From: Eledone cirrhosa
Taxonomy: Eukaryota
Direction: 5' to 3'
Length of the DNA: 64,000 bases
NCBI GenBank assembly: GCA_964016885.1
Contig: OZ024741.1
Span: 227,664,001 to 227,728,000, forward strand
Part shown: positions 43,235-56,186 of the stretch, one piece after another
Layout of the letters: every line of letters begins with the position of its first letter
How positions within the stretch are numbered: position 1 is the stretch's first letter
Notes under the pieces: model-generated
What the model saw: the letters and a program-made list of their open reading frames with translations, nothing else
Databases searched by the model: none
What the model was told of the DNA's origin: nothing
Made by a program: the position numbers and the translations under genes

Positions 43235-43520
43235 TCAGATGATAGGGTATAATTTAAGAAAGACTTGGGCTCTATTTTCCTCTACAAAATCAGGAGGAGT
43301 GCATCCCGTCTGACGAAGGAGCCTGAGAGTTAGAGTGGCAGATGTAGCTCGTGGCAATGCCTTCACCATTTTGCCCGTGAGGTGCAACCGAGACATAACG
43401 CCAAATGTGGGGGGTAGAAGCTGTCGCTCTCTCTCCACCATTACCTTACGCTATTTTTTTTTTCTCGTTTATGGTTTTTTCTTTCTATTTTATTATTTTA
43501 TGTATTGTCATTTCCATAAA
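43235..43520 (+). mobile_element. Decayed CRE-like 3' end
   Basis: VARGNAFTIL motif and T-rich 3' end, as in 1505-1940. Confidence 0.55.
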
Positions 43521-44602
43521 GATCATTTGACCTCATAGAATCTCCATCGCTGTCTTGGAATGTTGCAAAAGAAATACTCTGTATACACGCTCTTATACAT
43601 TATTTTGCATGGTTATTTTTTACTGTACACTTTTGAGTTACACCAAACTAGAAGACAAGCAACAAATAGCTACGCTGTTATGTTATACAAAAGAATTAAT
43701 AACGCTTTCGTTACCATATTTCCAATGAAAGACTCTGCCTAAGATTTTCTAAGAACTTTTTACAATTATGATTTGGGATGGATTTGTTAATATAACTTTC
43801 TTTCCCACTATTAAGGTCGTATTTGGAGCATAACTTAACGCACTGGGAAATGACTCTCAGACACATCAGTCCACATATTTTCCATCTTTTACCCGATTTT
43901 CTCAACTATTATTTATAGTAATTGACTATTGTTATGGTGATTTACGCTGGACCATCTTCATTCCACACACACTGTTGTTGGGGGAAAACTCTGAATACCC
44001 ACGCGTAACTAAAAGTGGGCTAGACGAAACTCTGTAAATAAGAACTGAAGTGAACTGTCAGGTAAACTGTGTGTACGGAATCTCATTGTAGTCTCTCGTT
44101 GGTAGTTCGGAATTACACCTGGCTAATACCACGTTTAGTACAGATATACAAAACAGGTATGTCACACCATCATATCATCACACAAACACACACACACACA
44201 ACAAGCGTAGGTTACCTCAATCTCGGTTCAACACAAGCTTTATGAGTGAAATTTCGGTAGATAGAAACTGTATGGAAGCCGTCGGATGGATTATACCTGT
44301 AATTCAAAGATCTAATCTAGTCACGTATTGTGACAAGTTGATCTGGCTTTGAAATTACATTAAAGGTACACGTGTCTGGAATACTCACCCACTTACGCAT
44401 TAATTCCCGTGTTGAGTGTTCACTTGTTTGAACAACCAAATTCTTATCGTCGAAACCATCGATGAATTCTGCCGTCGGAGAGAGTTTATTAAGCTATGAC
44501 TATTTCTGGGAAAACATTCAATTCGTGTTAGAATTTTACTTACGTATGTATATACGTGTGTCTATCATATATGTATATATGTATATAGTTATTTGTAAGA
44601 TA

Positions 44603-44651
<49 letters not shown>

Positions 44652-45363
44652 AGTGTGTGAGTGTGTGTGTGAGTGTTGTGCGTGTGTGTGTATGTGTGTG
44701 TGTGTCTGCGTGTGTGTGAGTGTGCATGTGACTAGATAATTATAAACATAAGCATATAAACATAAATACACGAAAGAAACACATAATCAAACATGCATAT
44801 ATATATATATATGCGTGTGTGTGTTTGTGTGTGTGTGTGTGTTTAAAACAAGTACATACAGATATATTGCCATATAACATCAATACATACTTGTACTTAC
44901 ATGTAAAAACACTGAAAGTCATATACATATACATACACACTTACATGCCTGTATACAGGTATATGGTTACACATAGATACATGCATACAAACATACATAC
45001 ATACATACATACGTACATACATACATCTATACATACAAATAGAAGATAGAGATTGCTCCCATAAAACCACGCAGCTGTCGTTGTCACCAACATCTGGAAG
45101 ACTGGTTTGGCGCCAGTTTCTCTCTTTAATCGTTATCAATCTAAAGTTAAAGATGGCGGCCTTATAAAAGTGAAGTCTCTCGGTTGTAGAGTCAAAGGAA
45201 GCAGTCTCTATAACAGACTCAGGCAAACAGATAGCCGTACATCTATATACATGTGTATACCTCTGTACTAACACACATACTTATACACACGCGCCGTCAC
45301 AGGCACAAATATACCCGCACGCAATCTTGCTCGCTAATAGTTATATACATACACCTTAAGGCG

Positions 45364-45410
<47 letters not shown>

Positions 45411-45548
45411 AGTATATGTTGGTTGTTTACCGATACCTCAGTATGCAGATTGGTGCACTCTACGAAGTGCGCAGGTTGGTTTGGTTACTCAGGAGTAATG
45501 TAAAATAAAATAAATAAGTCAAATATTTACAATTTGGCTTCGTTTATT

Positions 45549-45603
45549 ACTGCTATATATATTTCGGTGACAGCCATCTTTAGTTGTGACCTCTTCAGGC
45601 AGT
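45549..45603 (-). ncRNA. Type I hammerhead (family B)
   Basis: Minus: ACTGC-CTGAAGA-GGTCACAACTAAAGATGGCTGTCACC-GAAA-TATATA-TA-GCAGT. Confidence 0.85.
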
Positions 45604-46618
45604 CCGAATTGGTGTGGTAGAGACGGGTACACATGTTGTTGAGGTGCTTAACTCCGTCAATACTGCGATATGTCCAGTTCCTGGTTAGGTTGTTATTTCT
45701 CTGAGGAACTGGAATCATATGAATTCGAACAAACGAATTTCAGCGTCAAAGGACACTCTCTCCTCCCATTGGTCAGTTGTGATAACCTTCCCCAGTCGAA
45801 AGTCTATAGAAATTCTTTCTGAGGCGAGTTAATCTGTAATGGTTGTTTTTGTTAATTACAGCTGACCTCCTCTCTTATGTTAGTAGTCGTGTTGGTATTG
45901 GGGTCAGCTAAAGACCGGCTCCTGTTATTATTAGGAGTATTTGTGTGTGCGTGCTGGCGTCTATCCTGTCACCATTTCTCGTGCTGTTGGTGGGGGTGGG
46001 AGATGGGGGGGGGGGGGGGGCTGTGCCAGGCAGATGAAGAAATAAGATACGGCAAAATGGAAGGCAATAAAATGAAGAGAATAAAGAAAATAAAAAAATA
46101 AAAAGATGAAGAGAGAAATGAGAATAAAATGAAATGAAAAGGTAAAACACTAGAAAATAAAAGAATAAGATAAAGGAATAAAAAAGTAAAATAAAATAAA
46201 ATAAAGTAAAATAAAATAAGAAAATAAATAAACAAAAAAAATGATAAAATAGTAAAAGGAAAGAGATAATAAAAGAATAAGATAGGATAGTCAAATAAAA
46301 TGCGTGTGTGTTATAACCAATCTCAAAATTTGAAAGATTTGGAATATGAGAGGAGGTCAGCTGTAATTAACAAAAACAACCATTACAGATTGCCTCGCCT
46401 CAGAAAGAATTTCTATAGACTTTCGACTGAGGAAGGTTATCACAACTGACCAATGGGAGGAGAGAGTGTCCTTTGACGCTGAAATTCGTTTGTTCGAATT
46501 CATATGATTCCAGTTCCTTAGAGAAATAACAACCTAACCAGGAACTGGACATATCGCAGTATTGACGGAGTTAAGCACCTTAACAACATGTGTACCCGTC
46601 TCTACCACACCAATTCGG

Positions 46619-46673
46619 ACTGCCTGAAGAGGTCACAACTAAAGATGGCTGTCACCGAAATATATAAACCAGT
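46619..46673 (+). ncRNA. Hammerhead (family B), cleavage triplet mutated
   Basis: Same motif but ending ...TATATA-AA-CCAGT. Confidence 0.6.
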
Positions 46674-47454
46674 AATAAACGAAGCCAAATTGTAAATATT
46701 TGACTTATTTATTTTATTTTATATATATAATATCATTTATGTACGTTTGAATTTTTGTTTAATTCTCTGATATGTATACATATGTATGCACGCGTATGTA
46801 TATATGTATGTGTCTGTGTGTCTGTGAGAATATATATGCGTATGTGTAAATTTGGAACTACTTACGTGTATAAAACTAGCTGTTTTAAAAAAAACTTACA
46901 TGTGTGCTGAAAATCACTTTAAAATACCGGCGTAATTGCTATGTTCTGTATGTTGTATATGTTGTATAAGTCCTGAGAAACTTTATATCACACTAGCAGA
47001 AAAACCACCCCTCGGGTGGTTTTCTGCTAGCATGCGTAGTGTGTATATTGATATTATACGCAAGTATATATACATGTAAATATGATACATCAAATAAAAT
47101 CGTAATTGACAATATAAACAGAAATTGAACGAAGACGTTGTTACACTGTCTTATGTAATCAGTAATGTAATCCATGATACGTTAAAAAAAGATGATATTA
47201 TATATAAACTGCATTAGGAGAAAGTTAATGACAGAAAATTAGTATGTTTATTTAAGTGATTACCACCGGAAGTGTTGACATCACTCACTCTCTCTTTCTA
47301 TATATATGGTAGTTGAAGTGGTGGTGGTGGTGGCAACGATATACCGGAAGTGCAACTTTGAAAAGAAGTCAATTTTAAATTATATATTTTTACGAAATTA
47401 TTTTTGTTTACGAAATTTAGTAGATAAATTATGTAATATTAATTCTATTATATC

Positions 47455-47975
47455 CCGCCTTGTGAGTGTAGGAACATATACTCTATTATTATTCTCCTCT
47501 TGGTTGAGAAAAAAATTTGGTCGTTCTGACTGCTGCTAGTTATAGCGGTAGCCGACTGACCTCACTGCCTCCGCTTCTATCTTTACACTCGGCCCTTGAA
47601 AAAATTGATTCCACTTCATTTTCTCTCATCTCGGGAACAGTTTTGAATAGCGCCAGTTCGTAACTTGAATTCGGGAATTTTATATTCTTCGAAGGAAAAG
47701 ATCCTTCTGACGAGAGTTTTTCTTTGGAACGGTTGCCGTATGGACCCCGTTTATTTTTGAGACTCGAAACCGATTCGGTAAAGGTAACTATAGTAGGTAA
47801 AGTTAATTTAAAAAAATTTATTTTTAAAAATGTATTTTGAAACTTTTTCTTATTTGCTAAACCTTGATTATATATGTTCTGGCTCGTTAATTTATTAACC
47901 TGCCATTGAACCACATTGGCATGTGGTTGGACAATACATGTGACCCTTAGCGCCTTGTGCGTGTAGGAACATATA

Positions 47976-47980
<5 letters not shown>
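47455..47980 (+). mobile_element. Partial-tandem element (direct repeat 47455-47483 / 47951-47980) with hammerhead
   Basis: CGCCTTGTG.GTGTAGGAACATATACTCTA repeated ~495 bp apart; ends in (TA)n. Confidence 0.7.
47703..47784 (+). ncRNA. Hammerhead with extended helix II
   Basis: CCTT-CTGACGA-GAGTTTT-[~40 nt incl. AACGG..CCGTT]-GAGACTC-GAAA-CCGATTCGG-TA-AAGG. Confidence 0.75.
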
Positions 47981-48051
<71 letters not shown>

Positions 48052-48245
48052 TTCGTTTCTGAATTTGTTTAGCAAGATTCTTTATCTGAAAACGTGTGTT
48101 GAAGCCGATATTGTGATACTTTGGGAGGGTCATGTTTCCAATAAGAAACACACGCACCAGTTGCTTTCACTTCAATTTATTATAATAAATTTATAAATTT
48201 CCGGTTGGTTGGTTGGTTCCACAACCAGATGGTTGTTTATATATT

Positions 48246-48288
48246 GTCAAAGTTCTTTCGTCACACATTCTGTGACCTCTTCAGTGAC
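48246..48288 (-). ncRNA. Minimal type I hammerhead
   Basis: Minus: GTCA-CTGAAGA-GGTCACAGAATGTGTGAC-GAAA-GAAC-TT-TGAC. Confidence 0.7.
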
Positions 48289-48571
48289 TGGGGATTCTTT
48301 TCTTTGTTTTTTTTATTTTTGTGCCTCTCCTTTGTTCTGTCCTACGCCATCTTGTTTTTTTTAGAAGCAGGTGTGGATGCTGCCTTCCTCTGTTACCCTG
48401 AGTTGGAAGTCCAGTAGGGATAGGGATCCGCTAAGTTCGGATACATAAGGAACGAACTAACACGTATCAGGAACAAATGCACCGACGCTAGAGACCGAGA
48501 CACACACACCACACATTTCCTGGAAGTACTCATCTTACGTTGTTCATTACATAACTAATATATATATATAT

Positions 48572-48612
48572 GGTTTCTTGAAAGCAAAAAAATCTGCTTT
48601 CAGTCGTCAGAA
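48572..48612 (-). ncRNA. Hammerhead truncated in helix III by (TA)n
   Basis: Minus: CTGACGA-CTGAAAGCA..TGCTTTCAA-GAAA-CC then (AT)n. Confidence 0.55.
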
Positions 48613-48786
48613 TGAAAAAAACCTGGTGTTTTTATTGAATGTGGATTTGAAAACAAAAAATAAAAAAAATATGAAAGTGAGGCTGAAGGAAGAAGGAAAA
48701 AAGATAATGACTATATAAGTATATAAACACACGCACACACACACATACATACACATATATATATATATAAATATACATACACAAAC

Positions 48787-48817
<31 letters not shown>

Positions 48818-48827
48818 TACATACACA

Positions 48828-48897
<70 letters not shown>

Positions 48898-49847
48898 CAT
48901 ACATATATATACATATATATATACACACATGCACACACGCACACATAATTATAAAAATAAATAAAAATAAATAAAAATAAATAAACAAAAATATACACAC
49001 TGGACCACGCGCATATACTAAAATAAGCAGACGGAACACCTTGTAAAAACAAAATACATATACATGAAATCAAAATAATAAATAAATAGAAGTAAAAAAT
49101 AAAGTCAAATATAAAGAAAATAAAAAATAAAAAATAAAAAATAAAAAATAAAAAATAAAAAATAAAAAATAAAAAATAAAAAATAAAAAATAAAAAATTA
49201 GCAAGTTATATATAAATATACAAGGGTGTGCATGATTGTGTATAGAAGATTATATTAATAAAAGGAATTCAAACTTTGTCTGATTTACTCGTTTTATTTA
49301 CAAGCCTTTAAAATTATAATGATATTATAATAAAATAGTATGGTAGAATATTAAATGCTAAGTGTTAATTGAACAAGTACTTTTATGCTTTCGCAATCTT
49401 CAAGTTCATATTCTGTGGTGACAGTCAAGTTTGCAATTTTCAACTGTAATGAGATGGGTAAATTGTGTACCTTATATACAGTGAAAAGCGGCTACAGAAT
49501 GCTAAGTTTTGCAAACTGTATTTCGACCAATCGGTGTGTAGTTTCACTGGATTACTAGAGCTGATTGGTTTAGGCATCATGGTTGGTTGAGCATGTCTAA
49601 CGACTTCTATTTGACCCTATCCAAAGAATCAATTGTTTTGCTATTTTTAGAAATGATGAAAATAGCATTTTCTAAGGTTTTTTTTTAAAAGTCTTCAGTA
49701 ATCATCACCATCAACATCACTTTTAGTATTAATATTGTTGTTGTTGTTGTTAGTGGTGGTAGTCGACATGGTCGTAGGCGTAGTCATAGTTGGAGTAATA
49801 ACCCTAAGCCTTTGCCGTAGTCATAGTTGGAGTAATAACCCTAAGCA

Positions 49848-50030
49848 TTTGGCAGAATCGGTAGAGAGTCGGACACCATGCTTTGAGGCATAGAGTTACG
49901 TCCCTTTATGATCTGAGTTCAAATCCAGCCGAGGTTAACTTTGCCTTGCATCCTTACGGGGTCGATAAAATAAAGTACCAGTAATGTACTGGGTAATTGC
50001 TGGCCTTGTGCCTAAAATAGAAACAATTAT
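49848..50030 (+). mobile_element. tRNA-derived SINE abutting the PLE stop codon
   Basis: 6008 family. Confidence 0.9.
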
Positions 50031-52913
50031 TATTGTTCATTTAGCTTGGGTTGGAATTTATCAATAACATTCTTTTCTTTAATTTTTCTCTTGATTTCAC
50101 TTGGGCTGTGTAATTTGTAGAATGGGAATATTATAAATATTCCCTGACCACATGTTGCTAGATGGTTACTTAGGGGTATCTGACGGACATTTGGGTCTCT
50201 GATTTGCTGACGGTGTACCCGTGCACGTTCCGATAGTGCATTTCCAGTTTGACCGACATATAGTTCTTCACAATTCGGGCATTTAATGCAGTAAATTAGA
50301 TTTCTGCTTTTGCAGTTCATATTTGCATTTGGGAATATTTTTCCAGTTTTTGTGTTCATATATTGACCAGTATGTATGGATTGATATGTGCCACATCGAC
50401 TATCATTTCATTTAGATACAGTGAATGATTGGTCTTTGTTGTTAAGGTCAAACTTTGCCTTTGTTAGTAATTACTTCAAATTTTTCGGCTGTCTTTTACT
50501 AAGTGTCAAAGATCGGTCTGTGATTAAGCCTTTTAATTCATTACTTTGAGCAATGATCGGCAGGTTTGCTTTGGCAGTGTTGAAGATATTCTGGTGACAT
50601 GGGTTGTGTGTCATTATAAATGGTATGACCAGTTCGTAGTTTCTTCTTCCTTGGGTTGTCCTAAGTTGTATAGATATTTTTATAGCCCGCTGTATGCTAT
50701 TTTCTATAAGTAGAGATGGGTATTTTTGTTTGAGAAAAAATTTCTCTCAGTTCTGTCTAGGCAGTATGAGATGTTGCGTTTTGTATGAGGTGGATGGCAC
50801 GACTTAAAATTCAGATATTGATGGGTGTAATTCTTTCCATTGAAGAAGAAAGTGTTGTTTTCCAGAATAAGTTTGACTGCGTCTAATATAAATGGCGTTG
50901 TGAATCTGGTGGTAATAAGTTATCTATGATTTTCCACCCAGTATGTAACCGCCTTTATTCCTAAATCATGTGTAATGTTGGTGTAAAGGCTTACCACATC
51001 AAAACTAAGTAGAAGTGAATTCGTTTCCGTGGTTTTGGGAAGATGGTACAGGAATTCGATATCATCCCGGTTGAAACTGGGTATGTGAATACATAGTGCT
51101 TTCAAAATAATATCAACAAAATTGCTTAGACGGTGGGTAGGGCATGTTGGACCAGCTATAATAGGTCTAAGTTTTATGTCTTTTGGGTGTAGTAATTTAA
51201 TGTACTCACTTTTTTGTTCTTTTACTGCCAGTTGGATTTCTTTTGACTTATGAACTTTCGGTAGGCCATACAGGTTGCTGGGTTTTGGCTCAACATTGGT
51301 GATGTAGTCTCTTTCCTTATCAGTAAATGAGTTGTAGTATTTTGAAGCCAGGTTGTTGATCTTCTTCATGATGTTGTGGTCTATATTTGACGGTATTTCA
51401 TGATAGAATGTTGTCTTTCAGTTGTTCCTCAATCAAATCTTTGTAGTATTCAGCATCCATTGTAACAATTGCACCCCCTTTATCTGCTTGTTTAATTATT
51501 ATTGTTTTATCATTTTGTATACGTTTAAGTGCAGACATTCGGATTTGTTAATGTTTGGCCTAACATTAGTATTACGTCTAAGAGGTAATTTAGACAGGAT
51601 GTGAATGTATTGGTCGAGATAGATATTTCTTCCTTTTGGCGGAGTGAAATTTGATTTATTCTTTACTAGTGATTCATTACTCTCATTACTTTTATCAGCG
51701 AAGAATTCTGAAAGTCGTAATTTTCGACACAATTCTTGGGTATCCTCCTTCAGTTCTTGGTGGTTGACTGTTGGAGTCGGTCTGAATTTCAGTCCTTTTG
51801 ACAGAATTTGCATTTCATCATTGTCAAGATCTCTTTTGGATAAATTAATTATTTTAGGATCTACGTGTTCAGTTCTTTTGGGTATGTTTCCTCATGGAGT
51901 TTTTCTTTTTCCGGTTTTTGTTGTCCTGACGTTAAAAAATGGATTTTTCTCTGTTCAGGATTTATATTCCAGTTGGTGTTTGCTTGATGATATTATATTT
52001 AGTTTCGTTATGTTTTTTGTCCTACTTTTGGTATTATGTATATTATTTTTCCATTTTTTGTCAGCATTTTTTTAAGAAATCTGGGAAAATGACCTAGGTT
52101 TGCTTTCAGGTTTAGATCGTTTTTTCGCCCAGTTTCTTGTGGGTAATCTCTGTTGAGATCTTGAGAGTTATCTGGTTATTCTTCGGGTTTTTTGCCCGTT
52201 CCTTGTGGGTAGTCACTGTTGAGATCTTGAGAATGATCTTCTGGTTTTTCTACTTCTCATGGTCTGGTCAAAGGAATATCTATCGTGTTTGTGCTTTTTG
52301 TTCATGTTGTGTGCGTTAGGGCGTTTTTGTAGAAAAAGCGAAGAGTTCTTACCGTAGTTCTTCTTTGATTCAAAGTAAGGTGAGTGTTTGTGTTGCCACG
52401 TGTTCTGTCGTATGTTGTGTTAGCGAGATTGTCCACTTTTAATGCCTTTTCTCAGAGTTCCAGAGTCTTTACCGTAATTTGTAGCATATTCGCCGAGAAA
52501 AAAATTGTTTCTGCTGCCATAACTTTCTTGATTTGCTTTCTTCTTTTGAGATATCTCTGATCCATAGTTTTTCAGCTATATTGCCAGTCGTTAGCTTTGA
52601 AATTTAGACTTCAATTTGGTCATCGATAGCTTCGTATTTGGCTTTGTAGGGGATTGTTAACATTGAGTAATGGAGATGTCGGTCCTGAATGTTGTCAATG
52701 TAAGTTCCCATCGGAGTTTTGTTTCTTCTTCTGGTTCTCCTGCAATTTCTGTAATTAGGTATTTACGAGGGAGTATGGGTGCCGTTAGAGAGAGCTATTT
52801 CGAATGTGTTTCGACATATTTTTCGCATTTGTATGCTTTCCAGAAGTTTTGTTTTCTTATGTTAAGAAATTTGTTCCATGTCTTCCACATTTCTTTTCTT
52901 ATTCGATGTGTTT
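50030..52913 (-). pseudogene. Penelope-like element (Neptune-type) RT + Cys linker + GIY-YIG endonuclease, decayed
   Basis: LSKGLKFRPTP, LYGLPKVHK, RPIIAG, FDVVSLYTNI, YLNFKSCHP, RQPKNL, K*NDSRCGTY linker, NLIYCIKCPNCEELYVGQT..R..H, PKLN end. RT motifs B-E are deleted near 50830. Confidence 0.9.
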
Positions 52914-53770
52914 TAAACCGTTAGAAGAATCACTCCAGACCAACTCAAACCATGGATAACAGTATAATAGGACCAATATAAAATCCATAACTTTAACTAA
53001 TTATAAACATTCACTTAAATAAAATATAACCAATTTAATGGAAAAGAAAACAATAATATTAATACTCTCAACACATGCAGATTTGAACATTACAGAAACA
53101 TTTATCACACTACATCCACCATAAACTCATAATTTGAATACACAAACATCTTTGTCTGCTTGAAATGCTCGTAAACCTGTGTTATTTTATGTGATACCTT
53201 TGCCATACAGTAATTATATATGCCTAGTACCCTTGCTTCTTTACTACCTAGCTGTTCTGTATATGCCTAACGCATTTGCATTCTCTATACGCTTGCATAT
53301 GTACTGCTAATGTCCTCGTTTTACGAGTATCTTTCTGCCTTAATGCCTCTTTAATTATTATACTATTCTCTTGTAATCTCTGTCACATGCATTCCACTCT
53401 GTGCCTCTTTAATTATTATACAATTCTCTTGTAATCTCTGTCACATCCATTCCACTCTGTAAATATAAAACTGTTGTTGACAACATTAATATCCATGTAT
53501 CTATATGATTGTTCATTTGAATAGGATGTTAATTATATGTCCAAACTTTGCTAGTGTTCCGATGATTCCAAACGAAAGTTTGGAAGAAACGATTGTCAGC
53601 AATAACATGTTTTGAACATAGTTTTGATTATTGTGTAATTTATATTCCTGCTCTGTAAAACATCTGATGTATTTACATTGAGCTATTTTTCTTACTGGTA
53701 ATAAGGTAGTAATGAATTACTGACCTTTCCTGTTTATAGTTGTATATAGTATATATATAACTATAAATAT
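52914..53770 (+). mobile_element. PLE 3' UTR/pseudo-LTR in opposite orientation to the ORF
   Basis: Starts TTAAACCGTTAG (LNR*), homologous to 59611-60500, contains a hammerhead and ends in (TA)n. Confidence 0.75.
53555..53601 (+). ncRNA. Type I hammerhead, CCGAUGA core
   Basis: TGTT-CCGATGA-TTCCAAAC GAAA GTTTGGAA-GAAA-CGATTG-TC-AGCA; perfect 8-bp helix II, NUH=GUC. Confidence 0.8.
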
Positions 53771-54459
53771 TATTATTAATATTATATATATATATATATA
53801 TATATGAATGTTTATATAGTGAAATTTTGCAATACACTGTATGCTTAATTAAAAGCATTTAGAAGACCTTACGCTATTGTTTTAGAGTAGTGACAGTCTC
53901 ACTTACTTTAATTTTCAGCAAACAGGGGAGATAAAGCTGACAGAACTCTGTTTCGCACTTTTTGGTTTCATTCTTTTTTTGCAAACATTACGGGCGCTCT
54001 ATCTCAAAATTATTTTTGAAAAGCATTAGAAATGCGCAACCGGTAAAAACTTAAAACTAAAACTGAATACTACCCAATACTTATTACTAATTTATACTTA
54101 TTCCTAATTAAACTATTTTTCACTGGGAAAAATTTGTCAGCGTTTTCTTTTCCTTTTACTAATATATATATATTTATATATATATATATGAATCTTAGAA
54201 AAAATGGGAAACGGCGTTGTGTAAAATATTACCTCGAAGGACAGAGATATGCGGCTTGATGTGAGTTAACTTGAAAGAAGAGAAGATAGGATGGTTGAAA
54301 AAAGAATGAAAGCGAATAGGTCACAAACAATAATATACGCTCGTCAGATCTCAACCTCCAACAGTTTCGACGAATTAATCAGACTACTGCTTGGGATAGG
54401 AGGCTCGTAACAGAGAGTCAAATATCTTTGATTATATAGTGTTTGCGTTGGGACAGGTT

Positions 54460-54556
<97 letters not shown>
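54460..54556. repeat. (GA)n microsatellite
   Basis: Direct reading. Confidence 0.95.
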
Positions 54557-54558
<2 letters not shown>

Positions 54559-55251
54559 GAAGTGCGTCCGATCGACCCCAAATTGTCGTAACCTGTCGTT
54601 TACCCAACGCCATTTCGACGGTATTTTTTTGATCTAATAGCTTCCATACGCCGAGCTTTCACATTTCCCCTGTGATTCCTATACACTCGCGTTTCAAAAC
54701 TATACTTTCTATTTAAATTTATTTATATAGTCGAGAGCTTCTTTTTCGGATTTTGGAACGGAATTAATTCCTTTGTTCACACTTTGAATTTGCCGGCCAA
54801 AAACCGGGGGTTACTTCCCTTGTTGGAAAAAACACGTAACAGTGAAACATTGAGTGCTGCCATCGGTAGCAGTTCACTGCTACACGTCACACCAGTTTGA
54901 GGCATAGAACGAAAACCTGTTGATAACGTGAGTCCACAGTTCGATCATCGAATACCACAAACTTGCATATTGCGCAAGTAGGATTGTTGATTTCGAATTC
55001 ATAGAAACCTATCGGACGTATTGCATAATATCGTTCGATATGGTCAGTTATCTAACCTGATTGGTTTTTTTTTCGTTGATTTGGTATTATGTGGCTCGGC
55101 TTACCTGCCACAATTTCCAATTTGTCAAGCTGTCTAACGTATGTTATTACTCTAAGGTCACACAACCGTATCGAGTGCTTTGCTGCACATTCCTAATTGT
55201 ATATCGTTATCTTAGCCACAGCCAAAATTTCGATTTTACTAAACTTCCACT

Positions 55252-55335
<84 letters not shown>

Positions 55336-55477
55336 GTATATGTTGGTTGTATACCAACACCTCAGTATACAGATTGAAGCACTCGACGAAGTGCGCGGGT
55401 TAGTTTGGTTACTCCGGAGTAGTGTAAAATAAAATAAAATAAATAAATCAAATGTTTAAAATTTGGCTTCGTTTATT

Positions 55478-55532
55478 ACTGCTATATACATTTCGGTGAC
55501 AGCAATCTTTGGCTGTGACCTCTTCAGGCAGT
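55478..55532 (-). ncRNA. Type I hammerhead (family B)
   Basis: Minus: ACTGC-CTGAAGA-GGTCACAGCCAAAGATTGCTGTCACC-GAAA-TGTATA-TA-GCAGT. Confidence 0.85.
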
Positions 55533-55849
55533 CCGAATTAGTGTGGTAGAGACGAGTACACATGTTGTTGAGGTGTTTAACTTTGTCAATACTCTGATAT
55601 GCCCAGTTCCTGGTTGCCAGATTGGCTTGCCTCAGAATGAATTTCTATAGACTTTAGACTGAGGAATGTTCTAACAACTGACCAATGAGAGAGAAGAGGC
55701 CCTTTGACGCTGAAATTCGTTTGTTTAAATTCATATGATTCCAGTTCCTCAGTGAAATAACAACCCAACCAGGAACTGGGCATATCAGAGTATTGACAAA
55801 GTTAAACACCTCAACAACATGTGTACTCGTCTCTACCACACTAATTCGG

Positions 55850-55904
55850 ACTGCCTGAAGGGGTCAAAGTCAAAGATGGCTGTCACCGAAATATATATAG
55901 CAGT
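55850..55904 (+). ncRNA. Hammerhead (family B), A9 mutated
   Basis: ACTGC-CTGAAGG-GGTC...CACC-GAAA-TATATA-TA-GCAGT. Confidence 0.6.
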
Positions 55905-55950
55905 AATAAACGAAGCCAAATTTTAAACATTTGACTTATTTATTTTATTT

Positions 55951-56028
<78 letters not shown>

Positions 56029-56106
56029 CTTATTATGTGAGTAACATGTCGTTACTAGCCGCAACGCTGGTCGAAGTTTGGATGGACCACCCATGTAAAC
56101 TCTCAT

Positions 56107-56186
56107 ATCTGAAGAAGTGTTGATTAAGAGTCGGGATCCGATCGCATGATCAAACACGAGCTGATCGATACTGAAACAATTGTAAT
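56107..56186 (+). ncRNA. Hammerhead with extended helix II, weak helix I
   Basis: AT-CTGAAGA-AGTGTTGATTA-[35 nt]-TGATCGATACT-GAAA-CAATTG-TA-AT. Confidence 0.55.

Larger units (their letters stand above)
45410..46720. mobile_element. Tail-out inverted repeat with two hammerheads (family B)
   Basis: 45502-45874 versus 46348-46720 near-perfect; left tail 45410-45501; same family at 55335-55957. Confidence 0.9.
55335..55957. mobile_element. Tail-out inverted repeat with two hammerheads (family B, second locus)
   Basis: Homologous to 45410-46720; same long left end and short right end. Confidence 0.9.
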
